A stretch of 64,000 nt of DNA. Source: Candidatus Fermentithermobacillus carboniphilus. GTDB taxonomy: Bacteria > Bacillota > Sulfobacillia > Fermentithermobacillales > Fermentithermobacillaceae. The position numbers and the translations under genes were made by a program. The stretch's first letter is position 1, and each line of letters begins with the position of its first letter. Where the stretch lies: the NCBI GenBank assembly GCA_018208355.1, contig CP062796.1:237217-301216 (forward strand). Direction: 5' to 3'. Under the pieces are notes generated by a model, which made no database searches, was not told where the DNA came from, and worked only from the letters and a program-made list of their open reading frames with translations. Below, in pieces: positions 28,265 through 37,796 of the stretch.

Positions 28265-29902
28265 CTACAAATATGCTCTGTTATTCTTTTCTCTCTGTCT
28301 TGATTCCAGTAGCTTCTCCGCCAAAGAAATCTGTTCCACAACTCGTTCAGGAGCAGTACCTCCAGGGGATCTCCTGCGGTTGACGCAAGCTTCAGGAGAC
28401 AATGAACCGTAGATGTCATCGGAAAACTCCTCCGAAAACTTTCTCAGCTCATCAAGGGTAAGCTCCTGTATGGGGATCCCCTTTTCGATGCAGTATTTCA
28501 CCACGTTCCCGGTGATGTGGTGAGCCTGCCTGAACGGGATGCCCTTTCGCGCAAGGTAATCAGCTACTTCCGTCGCGTTGCAATGGCCAGCCGCAAGAGC
28601 TGCAGCCATTCTTTCCCTTCTTACTGTCATAGTCCGGAGCATACCCGCACAGGCATCCAAACAGGCTTTCAACGTATCGACGGCATCAAAGACCCTCTCC
28701 TTATCCTCCTGCATATCGCTATGATAGGCCAGGGGAAGTCCTTTCATCACACAAAGAAGGCTCATGAGATCGCCGTAAACTCTTCCCGTTTTGCCCCTCA
28801 CCAGCTCCGCCACATCCGGGTTTTTCTTCTGCGGCATCATGCTGGATCCAGTGGCATAGGAGTCGTCCATTTCCACATAACCGAATTCAGCCGTAGACCA
28901 AAGAACCAGCTCCTCGCAAAGACGACTGAGGTGCATCATACAGATGGCCGCGGCACTCAAAAACTCAAGGAGATGATCTCTATCACTCACCGCATCTATG
29001 CTGTTCTTGAATACCCCTTTAAAGCCCAGCTTTTCTGCGGAATAGTATGGGTCGATGTTGAACGTGGTTCCCGCGAGAGCACCGGCTCCAAGAGGCGATA
29101 CCAACGTCCGTTTCTTGGTATCGAGGAATCGTTCAACATCCCTTTCAAGCATCCAAAAATACGCCATGAGATGGTGGGAGAAAAGTACCGGTTGTGCGTG
29201 CTGAAGATGAGTATATCCGGGCATTATCACCTCAAGGTTTTCTTTGGCCCTTAGGAGCAGCTCCTCTTCCAACCTGACGATTCCCACTACTACTTCATCA
29301 ATCTGTCGCAAGAGGTATATCCTCTCATCTAGAGCAACCTGATCGTTCCGGCTCCTCGCGGTGTGGAGTTTGCCCCCTGCCGGACCTATCTTTTCAATGA
29401 GCCTCTTTTCGATATTCAAATGGATGTCCTCGTGTTCTTCCCTGAAAACAAACTGGCCGCTGTCGATTTCAGCCCGTATCTCCCGGAGCCCTTCTATGAT
29501 GGACTTTCCCTCATATGGGGCAATGATCCCTTGACGGACCAGCATCTCGCCGTGAGCAATACTTCCTTCGATGTCCTCTCGATAGAGGCGCCAGTCAAAT
29601 CCTATCGAGGCGGTAAACGCCTGCACCTTTTGATCAGGAAGCTTGGTGAACCTTCCTCCCCACGCCTTTTCTTTCGGCGACGCGGTTCTGCCTGTGTCGC
29701 CCTCTGATGAATCCCTGCCCGCCAAATTCATATTGCTTTGGTGGCCAAGCCCGGATTCGGGCCGAAGGACTGATGAATCCCCATCCTCCAAATTCATACC
29801 CGTTGAACCTGCACGTGTTGAATTCCCGCCCGGTGACTCCACGCTTGTCGAATCCGCTTCTGCCGAGTCCACCGGTTCCCGGTTCATGCCCGTCGAATTC
29901 AC
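28265..29902 (-). CDS. argH: Argininosuccinate lyase with a repetitive N-terminal extension (true start uncertain)
   Basis: WGGRF, HTARSRNDQV, GSSMMPQKKNPD. Confidence 0.95.
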   Translation of the reverse strand: MNSTGMNREPVDSAEADSTSVESPGGNSTRAGSTGMNLEDGDSSVLRPESGLGHQSNMNLAGRDSSEGDTGRTASPKEKAWGGRFTKLPDQKVQAFTASIGFDWRLYREDIEGSIAHGEMLVRQGIIAPYEGKSIIEGLREIRAEIDSGQFVFREEHEDIHLNIEKRLIEKIGPAGGKLHTARSRNDQVALDERIYLLRQIDEVVVGIVRLEEELLLRAKENLEVIMPGYTHLQHAQPVLFSHHLMAYFWMLERDVERFLDTKKRTLVSPLGAGALAGTTFNIDPYYSAEKLGFKGVFKNSIDAVSDRDHLLEFLSAAAICMMHLSRLCEELVLWSTAEFGYVEMDDSYATGSSMMPQKKNPDVAELVRGKTGRVYGDLMSLLCVMKGLPLAYHSDMQEDKERVFDAVDTLKACLDACAGMLRTMTVRRERMAAALAAGHCNATEVADYLARKGIPFRQAHHITGNVVKYCIEKGIPIQELTLDELRKFSEEFSDDIYGSLSPEACVNRRRSPGGTAPERVVEQISLAEKLLESRQREKNNRAYL

Positions 29903-29920
29903 GTTGAGTTCTCCCTCCGG

Positions 29921-31132
29921 TTACAAGTTGGAACTCCTCTTTCTCACCGAGGAGTACACCTTGGTAGGAAGACCCCAGATATCTATGAAACCTTTGGCAG
30001 CTTTGTGGTCAAAGGCGTCCTGTTTGTCATAAGTTGCGAGGGAGTAATCATACAGGCTAAACTCGGACTTCCGCCCGACAACGGTAACACTACCCTTAAA
30101 TAGCTTTAACCTTACGGTGCCGGTCACGGTGTCCTGGGTCTTATCGATGAAGGCGTCCAAGGCTTCCCTCAAGGGAGAAAACCAGAGCCCGAAGTATACT
30201 ATCTCGCTGTACTTCTGGTCGATTATCGATTTAAACTGGGCAAGCTCCCTTGGAAGGGTAATGGACTCAAGATCCTTGTGGGCTGTGATGAGGGTAACAG
30301 CTGCAGGGCACTCGTACAGCTCGCGGGATTTGATTCCCACCAGCCTGTTTTCAACCATATCGAGCCTACCTACGCCGTGTTTCCCGGCAATGGCGTTTAG
30401 GGCGGAAACGAGTTCGACCGGGCCTAATGTGCTACCGTTGAGCGAAACCGGGACCCCTCTGGAAAATCCGATTTCCAAGTATTCGGGGACATCGGGAGCT
30501 TTTTGGGGATCCTGCGTCCACCGCCATGCATCTTCCGGCGGTTCGGCCCACGGGTCTTCAATCTGCCCGCATTCTATTGAACGGCCCCAGAGATTCTGAT
30601 CGATGCTGTAAGGGCTCTCCTTATTGACAGGCACGGGAATTCCGTTGGTTCTCGCATACTCGATCTCTTCTTCCCTTGACATAGGCCATTCCCGAACAGG
30701 TGCAATTACGGTCAAGCTTGGGTTCAATGCCGCAACAGATACGTCGAACCTCACTTGATCGTTACCCTTTCCTGTACACCCGTGAGCGACCGCTACTGCC
30801 TCTTCTTCCGCAGCTGCTTGGACCAGTAGCTGTGAAATGAGTGGGCGTGAAAGGCCGGCAGATAGCGGGTACTTTCCTTCGTACAGGGCATTGGCTTTCA
30901 GCGCCTTAAAAGCGAAATTTACTAGGAAGGTTTCTTTGGCGTCAACCACGCGACATTTGCATGCGCCCACACTCAGGGCTTTGGCCTTGATTGCCTGTAA
31001 GTCCTTGTTTTCCCCGAGGTCAGCCACCAAGGCTATGACGTCCATGCTGTACTTGTCCTGCAACCACTTGATACATACCGACGTATCTAATCCTCCGGAA
31101 TACGCCAAGACAACCCTATCTTTCCCTGACAT
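29921..31132 (-). CDS. argG: Argininosuccinate synthase
   Basis: [34 protein letters not shown]. Confidence 0.97.
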   Translation of the reverse strand: MSGKDRVVLAYSGGLDTSVCIKWLQDKYSMDVIALVADLGENKDLQAIKAKALSVGACKCRVVDAKETFLVNFAFKALKANALYEGKYPLSAGLSRPLISQLLVQAAAEEEAVAVAHGCTGKGNDQVRFDVSVAALNPSLTVIAPVREWPMSREEEIEYARTNGIPVPVNKESPYSIDQNLWGRSIECGQIEDPWAEPPEDAWRWTQDPQKAPDVPEYLEIGFSRGVPVSLNGSTLGPVELVSALNAIAGKHGVGRLDMVENRLVGIKSRELYECPAAVTLITAHKDLESITLPRELAQFKSIIDQKYSEIVYFGLWFSPLREALDAFIDKTQDTVTGTVRLKLFKGSVTVVGRKSEFSLYDYSLATYDKQDAFDHKAAKGFIDIWGLPTKVYSSVRKRSSNL

Positions 31133-31170
31133 ATGCTTGCTCCCCCGTTGAAAGTTTGGCAAAACTATAC

Positions 31171-31198
31171 ACCATAGTGTATATAGATGCAAGGTCAA
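31171..31198 (-). promoter_or_regulatory. argG promoter with an overlapping ARG box
   Basis: TTGACC-N16-TATGGT; the spacer contains TGCAT-CTAT-ATACA. Confidence 0.65.
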
Positions 31199-31448
31199 TT
31201 TTCTGTGTGTTACGGGATAGTGACATTGTCGCCCTGTAAGTGCCTAGGGAAAATGTCACCATAGAGATAAGGTATGTTTTCCTGAGTACCGAGAGGAACA
31301 CCAAGGCTGTAGGCAATGGAGCCAATCTTGAATAGTAATGCCACGATTGGTCAAGCAGCAGAGTACCAGAAAAGGTTGAAACTGACCCTTGGAGTATTTA
31401 CGCTGGCAGCGAACTCGGGATGTTCAAAGAGTAACTCAAAAGAGCGGG

Positions 31449-31897
31449 TTAGAAATCTATGATCCCCTTTATCACCTCGAACTCGAGACTCGGCTACTTT
31501 CCTCTCTCCCCCAGAAATGCCTCCAGGTTCCCTGAAACTGCACAGAGGCCCACCCGTATGCTGCTGTAACCACTTGTTCCTGCGGTATACCGGGATACAA
31601 AATTGCGTACCGCCAGTCTGATCCTGTTAGCTTTTCTCGCGTCAATCGATTCCCGGGGGGTTACAAGAGAACCCGGTCTTCTGTACCTCACCTCAACAAA
31701 GACGAGAGATGTCCTTCAAGCGCAACTATATCTATTTCCCCATATCTCGAGACGAAATTCCGGCAGAGGACACGGTATCCGTTCTGCTCCAGGTACCTGC
31801 AGGCTTGTTGTTCTAATTGAAAACCAAGTTCGCGGGGACTTCGCCGTCTTGTTTTGCTGACTCCTGAAGCGATTTTAGTTCTCGAGTGTCTGAGCAC
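31449..31897 (-). pseudogene. yraN: yraN pseudogene (second copy)
   Basis: Near-copy of 37276-37731 with a frameshift near 31705 and a TAG at 31494. Confidence 0.9.
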
Positions 31898-31967
31898 CCC
31901 AATTATCCGTTCCCTACCCTAAAGCAGTTTTTTCGTGTTATGCCTTCCCAGGCGACATGAGAGTGTA

Positions 31968-32122
31968 TCATGACTCAAATATCCTCTGCCTGTACGAAAG
32001 CGCTTCTGCAATGTGTTCTCCCTCAATTCTCGCTGAGCCCGAGAGATTCGCTATAGTCGTTGCCACTCTGATGACTCTGTACTAAGCCGTGACAGACAGC
32101 TCCATCCGGTTATATGGCCTAG
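31968..32122 (-). pseudogene. Orphan 3' tail of yifB/comM
   Basis: YNRMELSVTA*YRVIRVATTIANL..EHIAEALSYRQRIFES vs intact YKRMKLSARAYYRVMKVAASIADL..EHVAEALSYRQRIFES. Confidence 0.88.
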
Positions 32123-32436
32123 CGGTATGCTAGGAAACTGGTCGTTCGGAACCTACTGCGTAGGATGAAAACCATCTGGGTCTGTATCATAATCTGTATC
32201 ATAAGAGGTAGAAAGACAGAATACCAAATACTCTCCTACTTACTGGAAATTAGCATAACTGGCAGGAATTTTACCCACTATCGTCGAATTGCCATATGAA
32301 CACCTCTGGGAGGGATGAGACTTGAACGGGCCGTCTTTAAGTACGCCTTACCATTAAGATGCTTTTGAGTATCAGCTTGACATAAGTACTGACATGACCC
32401 TCGTAGATGCGGGAATTCTAAAAGGAGGGTGCACTT

Positions 32437-33237
32437 ATGAAGCGAGCACTAATTCTCATGTTCACGATCGCCCTGTTGATTACTCAAAACTGGGGAGTGG
32501 TGTTTGCCTCGAGTAGTGAGCACCGACTTGGTGTCAATGAAATGCTTGATCTTGCCGAATCTGAGATCCGACAGTCAGTTAATCGCTATGTCGCCCAATA
32601 CATGGAACGGCTGCAAAATACCATAGACAGTGGAGACGCAACCATCTTGGGACGGACTGAACCCGGCGGCGGAATAGAGGAAGACGTCTACTTAGGACAG
32701 AGTCAGGATTTGTACAGCGCCGATTCAGGTGATTGTGGCATCTCATCGTCTGCGGGGTTCTACACTGGAGCTTCTACGTACAACCTTGGCTCTGCCCAAC
32801 AGGCTAAAGCCAAAGGAACATGTGCGGGAATTGGACAGGGAACGCACTGGGCATGGATCGGCGAGTTTTTCCAGGTTCAAGGAACGGGATCTCAGTTATG
32901 TTCCATAAACGTACCCGTCAATCTCTATGGGGATATGTCAACTTTTCAAGGCACGGCAGCAGTTAGAGCCCAACTTGTAATCAAGGACATAACTGAAAAC
33001 CTGGAATATACCGAGATAATCGAGGACTACAGCATAAGTTCAACTGGCAGTAAGACCTTCAATGGTAACAGCTATTCCCCCACCAAGGATGTATACCTTC
33101 GAGGTGGACACTCTTATCTAGTATACGTTTCCATTGCTACTTCAGTAGATTGTGGTTTTGGCTGGTCCACAGGTAAATCCGATTTCTACGGAACTGGGTT
33201 TGGAATTGTATATTCCAGGATTCGCCTAATATTCTAG
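32437..33237 (+). CDS. Hypothetical secreted protein (signal peptide, Gly/Ser-rich beta domain, 4 Cys)
   Basis: AGGAGG RBS; MKRALIL..VFA signal peptide; AT-richer than its flanks. Confidence 0.75.
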   Translation: MKRALILMFTIALLITQNWGVVFASSSEHRLGVNEMLDLAESEIRQSVNRYVAQYMERLQNTIDSGDATILGRTEPGGGIEEDVYLGQSQDLYSADSGDCGISSSAGFYTGASTYNLGSAQQAKAKGTCAGIGQGTHWAWIGEFFQVQGTGSQLCSINVPVNLYGDMSTFQGTAAVRAQLVIKDITENLEYTEIIEDYSISSTGSKTFNGNSYSPTKDVYLRGGHSYLVYVSIATSVDCGFGWSTGKSDFYGTGFGIVYSRIRLIF

Positions 33238-33302
33238 AACCAGGCAAGATGGGGTGGGTGTCAGCAATCTGGCTGCTACCTGGTCAGGAGAGTGGAAGTC
33301 AA

Positions 33303-33701
33303 ATGATTTACCGATTGGTGATGATTGGGCTTGCCATTTCGGCGGTGCTCAACATCCAGAAGATCCTATACATGGTGGAGGCCTTCCTCTCAGTTCCTGA
33401 TAACCTGTCTATGGCTGTTCCGGCCATCGTGATTACGATTGGTGGCTATCTAGGTGTTTTGTGCCTAAAGAGGTATAACATCGAGAGCAACACGGGCAAA
33501 GACACCAAGAGCAACCTGGAAAGAGATGTGGTCTTGTCCTTAACTGCGACCGCTCTCATGCTCAATCCTGTAGGCTGGTTTGCAGCATCTATAATGAGAT
33601 ACGACTTGACAGGTTGCATAATCTCTGGAGCTTTGCTATTAGTAAATTCACCCATTGCATACCGTCTTGTCAAACGCATCGGCAGTCAAGGCCCTCTCTA
33701 A
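33303..33701 (+). CDS. Hypothetical ~4-TM membrane protein
   Basis: Four hydrophobic stretches from MIYRLV; its last codons overlap the IS remnant. Confidence 0.6.
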   Translation: MIYRLVMIGLAISAVLNIQKILYMVEAFLSVPDNLSMAVPAIVITIGGYLGVLCLKRYNIESNTGKDTKSNLERDVVLSLTATALMLNPVGWFAASIMRYDLTGCIISGALLLVNSPIAYRLVKRIGSQGPL

Positions 33702-34672
33702 TGCTCGCAGCTGCTCCCGGATACTCTCCTTCTAAACTTTCTGCCAGCCTTTTAAGGGCAGCCACTGCTTTCTCGGCATCTTCCTCAGCCCAGGCTGCTC
33801 GAAGTCGCTGCTGAACCCATAAATGATGGGTCTTGGGTAAATGCCCTCTCAACAAGGTCTTCCAAGAGCGCTTTGCAGACAGTTGGGTTTTCGGTAGCAC
33901 CTTCCCGAAGCCCCAAGATGTGCTTACACCCTTCGCTGTCGATCCCCAACGCTTCTACGACTGTATGTCTGAGATAACGACTCCATCGATGAATAGCACC
34001 AGCAAGTCCAGGTCGTTCAATGGCCGACTCAGAAGTTCTCCCAGCGCTTTTCTAGTCATTTTAACAAACCGTCGGCTCAGGGTACTCTTTGATATGCCAA
34101 CTGCTTCTACAGTAGACCCAATATCCTCTAAACCAGAGAGGTAACACCGGCACGACAAACCGTGTATCATTCGCTCCAAGATCGCTCGAGACAGCATGTC
34201 TTCTTCCTGAAATGCCTTATACACCTCAAGTTCAACTTTCCGCCTATCGACGGTCCGAGCCCTTGGTCGCTGGACTTTAACCTTACGAGCTCCCAGGACG
34301 ATTTCACCTGTCTCGTATCCGTGCCGGTAAGCCTGTCTATTGGGATTGTGCTTCCCTTCTTCTCCGACCTTCATGGTCAGCTCAATTTCCATCAATTTTC
34401 TGAACATTTCCCGCTCGACCTGAACTGCAAGCGCCAATAGACCTTCCTTTGCCGCTTTGGCTAGGCTCACCAAGGAAGCCAACACATCTTGACAGAAAAT
34501 TCTCTCCCAGAACGCTTTCTCCGGTTTCTCGATTTTCTGCTTTATTTTCGGGTGCTTCTCGTGATATTCTGACACTGGCGCTTCTCCTTTTTGTTTTTGA
34601 GTTTCCATTTTCCTGTTGTAACATAACAGTCTGGAGAGCCGCCATCAAATTCCACGAAACGTGGGACATGCT
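33685..34672 (-). mobile_element. IS256-family (Mutator) element remnant with a frameshifted, internally deleted transposase
   Basis: YRHG..RPRAR, GLSCR, SKSTLSR, FIDG, then out of frame ALGIDSEG.KHILG..GATEN and YPGAAASIREGL. Confidence 0.9.
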
Positions 34673-35924
34673 CCCGGCGACATTAGCAACTGGTAGAGCA
34701 AGAAGTAGGCGGTAAACCCCAGTCGGTTGCGCCGGATGCGTAGTCCGAGTTCATCGAACACGTTGCGCTGGAATCGGTACATCAGGAAGCTTAACAAGAG
34801 GTTCAGGGGCAGCACCAGGAGTGTGTACGGACCAACGATGTAGTACTTTCCAAAAAAGCTAACACCATCCCGGGGATCCAAGCCAGGGTGAATACAAGGT
34901 CCACTACGGGGATCAGGAGGTCAATTCCCGTGAGAAACTTCGATAGTAGCCGCGGCTGCCACCACGGTCTCATCGCTCCAATGCCTTCCAGCATCCCCCG
35001 GGCCCAGCGCGCCCTCTGGCGACTGAAGTGCCTCCATGTCTTCGGGCTGGTAGTAAAGGCTATTGCTCTTGGCTCAAAGTAAATGCGGTATCCCCTCCCG
35101 AGTAGCTTCCAACTCAGGACAATGTCTTCCCCAATCGCGTCAGGCCAGCCGCCAACTTCACGAACAGCCCGCGTCTTAAAGAGGCTGAATGCTCCCTGGG
35201 CCACCAAGGTGCCCTGGTAAAGACCTTGCACTCTTTTCACCGACGCGATTCCAAGAAAGTAGTCCCACTCCTGAATCCTCGTCCAGAAGTTATCGCGGCT
35301 GTTCCGGACCAACACGTGACCCCCTACAGCACACACATCGTGCGGGGAACTTTCGAGCCTCGCCACGATGTGCCTGAGGGCGGAGGGATGAAGAAGCGTA
35401 TCCGCATCCAGCGTTGCAAAGTATTCGGTGTCCACTGCCTCCAACCCCGCATTTAGGGCAAAACTCTTACCACGCCGCTGCTCATACACGACCTGCAACG
35501 GCAGGTCCAACTCCATCGCGGCGCGCTGGGCCACAGCGGCAGTACCATCGGTTGACCCATTGTCAGCCAGGACTACTCTTATAGGACCGCGGTAATCCTG
35601 CCGGGCAATGTACCGTAGCGTCATAGCAATGTTCCGTGCCTCATTGTACGCCGCGACCAGTACGGTGACCGGCTTGTCTGGGTTGTTGTCCTTTGGTGGG
35701 GGTTGACGATCCAACAAGAGGCTGATTCCCAAGAAGCTGTTGAGATAGCCCGGCACATAGGCTATGAACGATATCAGGAAAAGAGCAAGTGGAAAACCGA
35801 CCGCGCACGCGAGATCTTCCAGCCAGCGAAGCGACAAACGGACCGACAAAGCAACCCAAAGCACGGCCCCCACCTGGGCAACCCAGAACTTGGTCGTTAC
35901 AGGTATGTATCTTTTCAACCCCAT
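34673..35924 (-). pseudogene. PgaC/IcaA-like processive GT2 glycosyltransferase, frameshifted and IS-truncated
   Basis: AYNE, DNGSTD, DAD, ED, QRARW; -1 frameshift in the A6 run at 34852-34857. Confidence 0.88.
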
Positions 35925-36384
35925 ATTCCGTTTGCTCTCCAACTGCTAGCCCAGTATCGGTAACGAACCCCACTTTGCCCGGGCAAAGATCCCGCACCCT
36001 CCCGCGGCCGTGCTTGTTTTCTTCCTGCGCCGCCCACCGATACGTCAGCTCACCACTGACCGGCACGCGGACGCCTTATGCTTCTGCAACACGCGCACGG
36101 GAATCAGCCCGAGTATCCTGTACTAACCGCCCTTGGCCGACTTGAGGAGGGACAAAGTTGGAATGCCCGTGTCAAGGAACACCCCGATCTCGGCCCGCAC
36201 CGCATCCGAACTCGCACGCCGAGTGCCCGGCACTTTGTGCGGCGTTCCCCCCGGCCTTCTGTTTTGCCCCGGCATCGCCGTCGGGCAACTCGACCAGCCA
36301 ATCATCCTTCGATACAAGCCACTTCCCGCGCCTAACCTTGCCCGCTTCCAAAATCCCGACTGGGGCCCCCGAACCGGCCATCAA
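35925..36384 (-). pseudogene. Degraded PilZ-domain gene, paralogue of 27366-28103
   Basis: Fragments VFLDTGI and VRVPVSGELTY..GRVRDL match VFLDTGI and VRVPLDLAVVY..GLARDL, split across frames. Confidence 0.7.
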
Positions 36385-36421
36385 TGCTGGACATCAACCC
36401 TGCGCCTTCCTGCCCTTCTTG

Positions 36422-36930
36422 TCAGCTGCTACAGCCCCCTGCCCGCGCTTCACGCAACCCGCTCTTGCCATCCCGTTTAGCCCTGTACAACATGCGGTCT
36501 GCCGCTTGTAGCAGCTCCTCCAGCGTCGCGCCGTCCTCCGGCCATGCAGCTACTCCGCCCGAGAGGCTCGTTTCGACCCTCGCTTCCCGAGACACGGACT
36601 CCACGGCGTCTCTCAGCCTTCGCATGACTAACTCTCCGTTTTCCCGGCTGCCAGTCACGACAACGGCAAATTCGTCCCCGCCGTATCTCGCGACCGCGTC
36701 CTCGTGCCTTATAGCCCCTTGCATTGCTTCGGCCACGCGCTGCAGGATACGGTCTCCGACCAAGTGGCCGTGTTTGTCGTTCACCCGTTTGAACCCGTCA
36801 AGGTCCACTAGTACGACCGCAAACTTCTTCCCTTCCGCAACCAACCTATCAATCAGCTGGTACAGCGACCGGCGGTTGAGCAGCCCCGTGAGCGGGTCGC
36901 GCTGTGCGAGGCGCAGTAACTCCTCGCTCC
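36422..36930 (-). CDS. GGDEF diguanylate cyclase domain (N-terminus probably lost)
   Basis: DPLTGLLNRR, DLDGFKRVND, RHED I-site, RYGGDEF, AD..LYRAK. Confidence 0.85.
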
Positions 36931-36990
36931 GTGCGATGGTGGGAAGAAAAAGCACGCCACACCCGCGCTGCGATACTTGCTGCGTTGTGG

Positions 36991-37203
36991 GGGCCAGTTT
37001 GGGCAAAGGATTTTGCCGCTATCCTCAGTATGACCGTGCTCCTGTCTCTGTCGGCTTTTCATGAGGTGAGCAGCACGATGGTCAAAACCAGATATGGGAC
37101 GAGACCGTACATGACCCGCCCTTCCTTGTGAGTGTTGCAAGTGGGTTCCCCGTACAGGGCAGAAGCAGTCGAGGCTCTTTGCGCTTCAGTAGCACAAATT
37201 ATC
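36991..37203 (-). pseudogene. Remnant of a PadR 3' end plus permease 5' end
   Basis: DNA homology to about 26443-26666; MYGLVPYL..S*KADRDR vs MYGVVLYL..SWKADRDR. Confidence 0.85.
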
Positions 37204-37275
37204 CTTGCCAAAAAACTTTTGTGTACTTCTGCTTGGCGTTTCACCGGCAAGGGTAACGTAACTTAAGAGATCGGG

Positions 37276-37731
37276 TTAAAAATCTATAATCCCCTTTATC
37301 ACCTCGAACTCGAGACTCGGCTTCTTTCCGCTCTCCCCACGAAATGCCTCCAGGTTCCCTGAAACTGCACAGAGGTCCACCCGTATACTGCTGTAACCAC
37401 TTGTTCCTGCCGTACGCCGGGATACAAAATCGCGTACCGCCAGTCTGATCCTGTTAGCCTTTCTGGCGTCAATCGACTCCTGGGGGGCTACAAGAGAACC
37501 CGTTCTTCTGTACCTCACCTCGACGAAGGCGAGGGTATGTCCTTCAAGCGCAACTATATCTATTTCCCCATATCTCGAGACGAAATTCCTGCAGATGACG
37601 CGGTATCCGTTCTGTTCCAGGTACCTGCAGGCTTGTTCTTCTACTTGAAAACCCAGTTCGCGGGGACTTCGGCGTTTTGCTTCACTGGCTCGTGAAGCGC
37701 CATATAGTTCTCGAGTGTCTGAGCACCTCAA
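37276..37731 (-). CDS. yraN: YraN family nuclease
   Basis: GEIDIVA, FVEVRYR; directly downstream of yifB. Confidence 0.92.
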   Translation of the reverse strand: MRCSDTRELYGASRASEAKRRSPRELGFQVEEQACRYLEQNGYRVICRNFVSRYGEIDIVALEGHTLAFVEVRYRRTGSLVAPQESIDARKANRIRLAVRDFVSRRTAGTSGYSSIRVDLCAVSGNLEAFRGESGKKPSLEFEVIKGIIDF

Positions 37732-37796
37732 CTATCCGTTCCCTACCCTAAAACAGTCTTTTCGTGTTGCGGCTTCGAAGGCGACATGAGAGTGTA

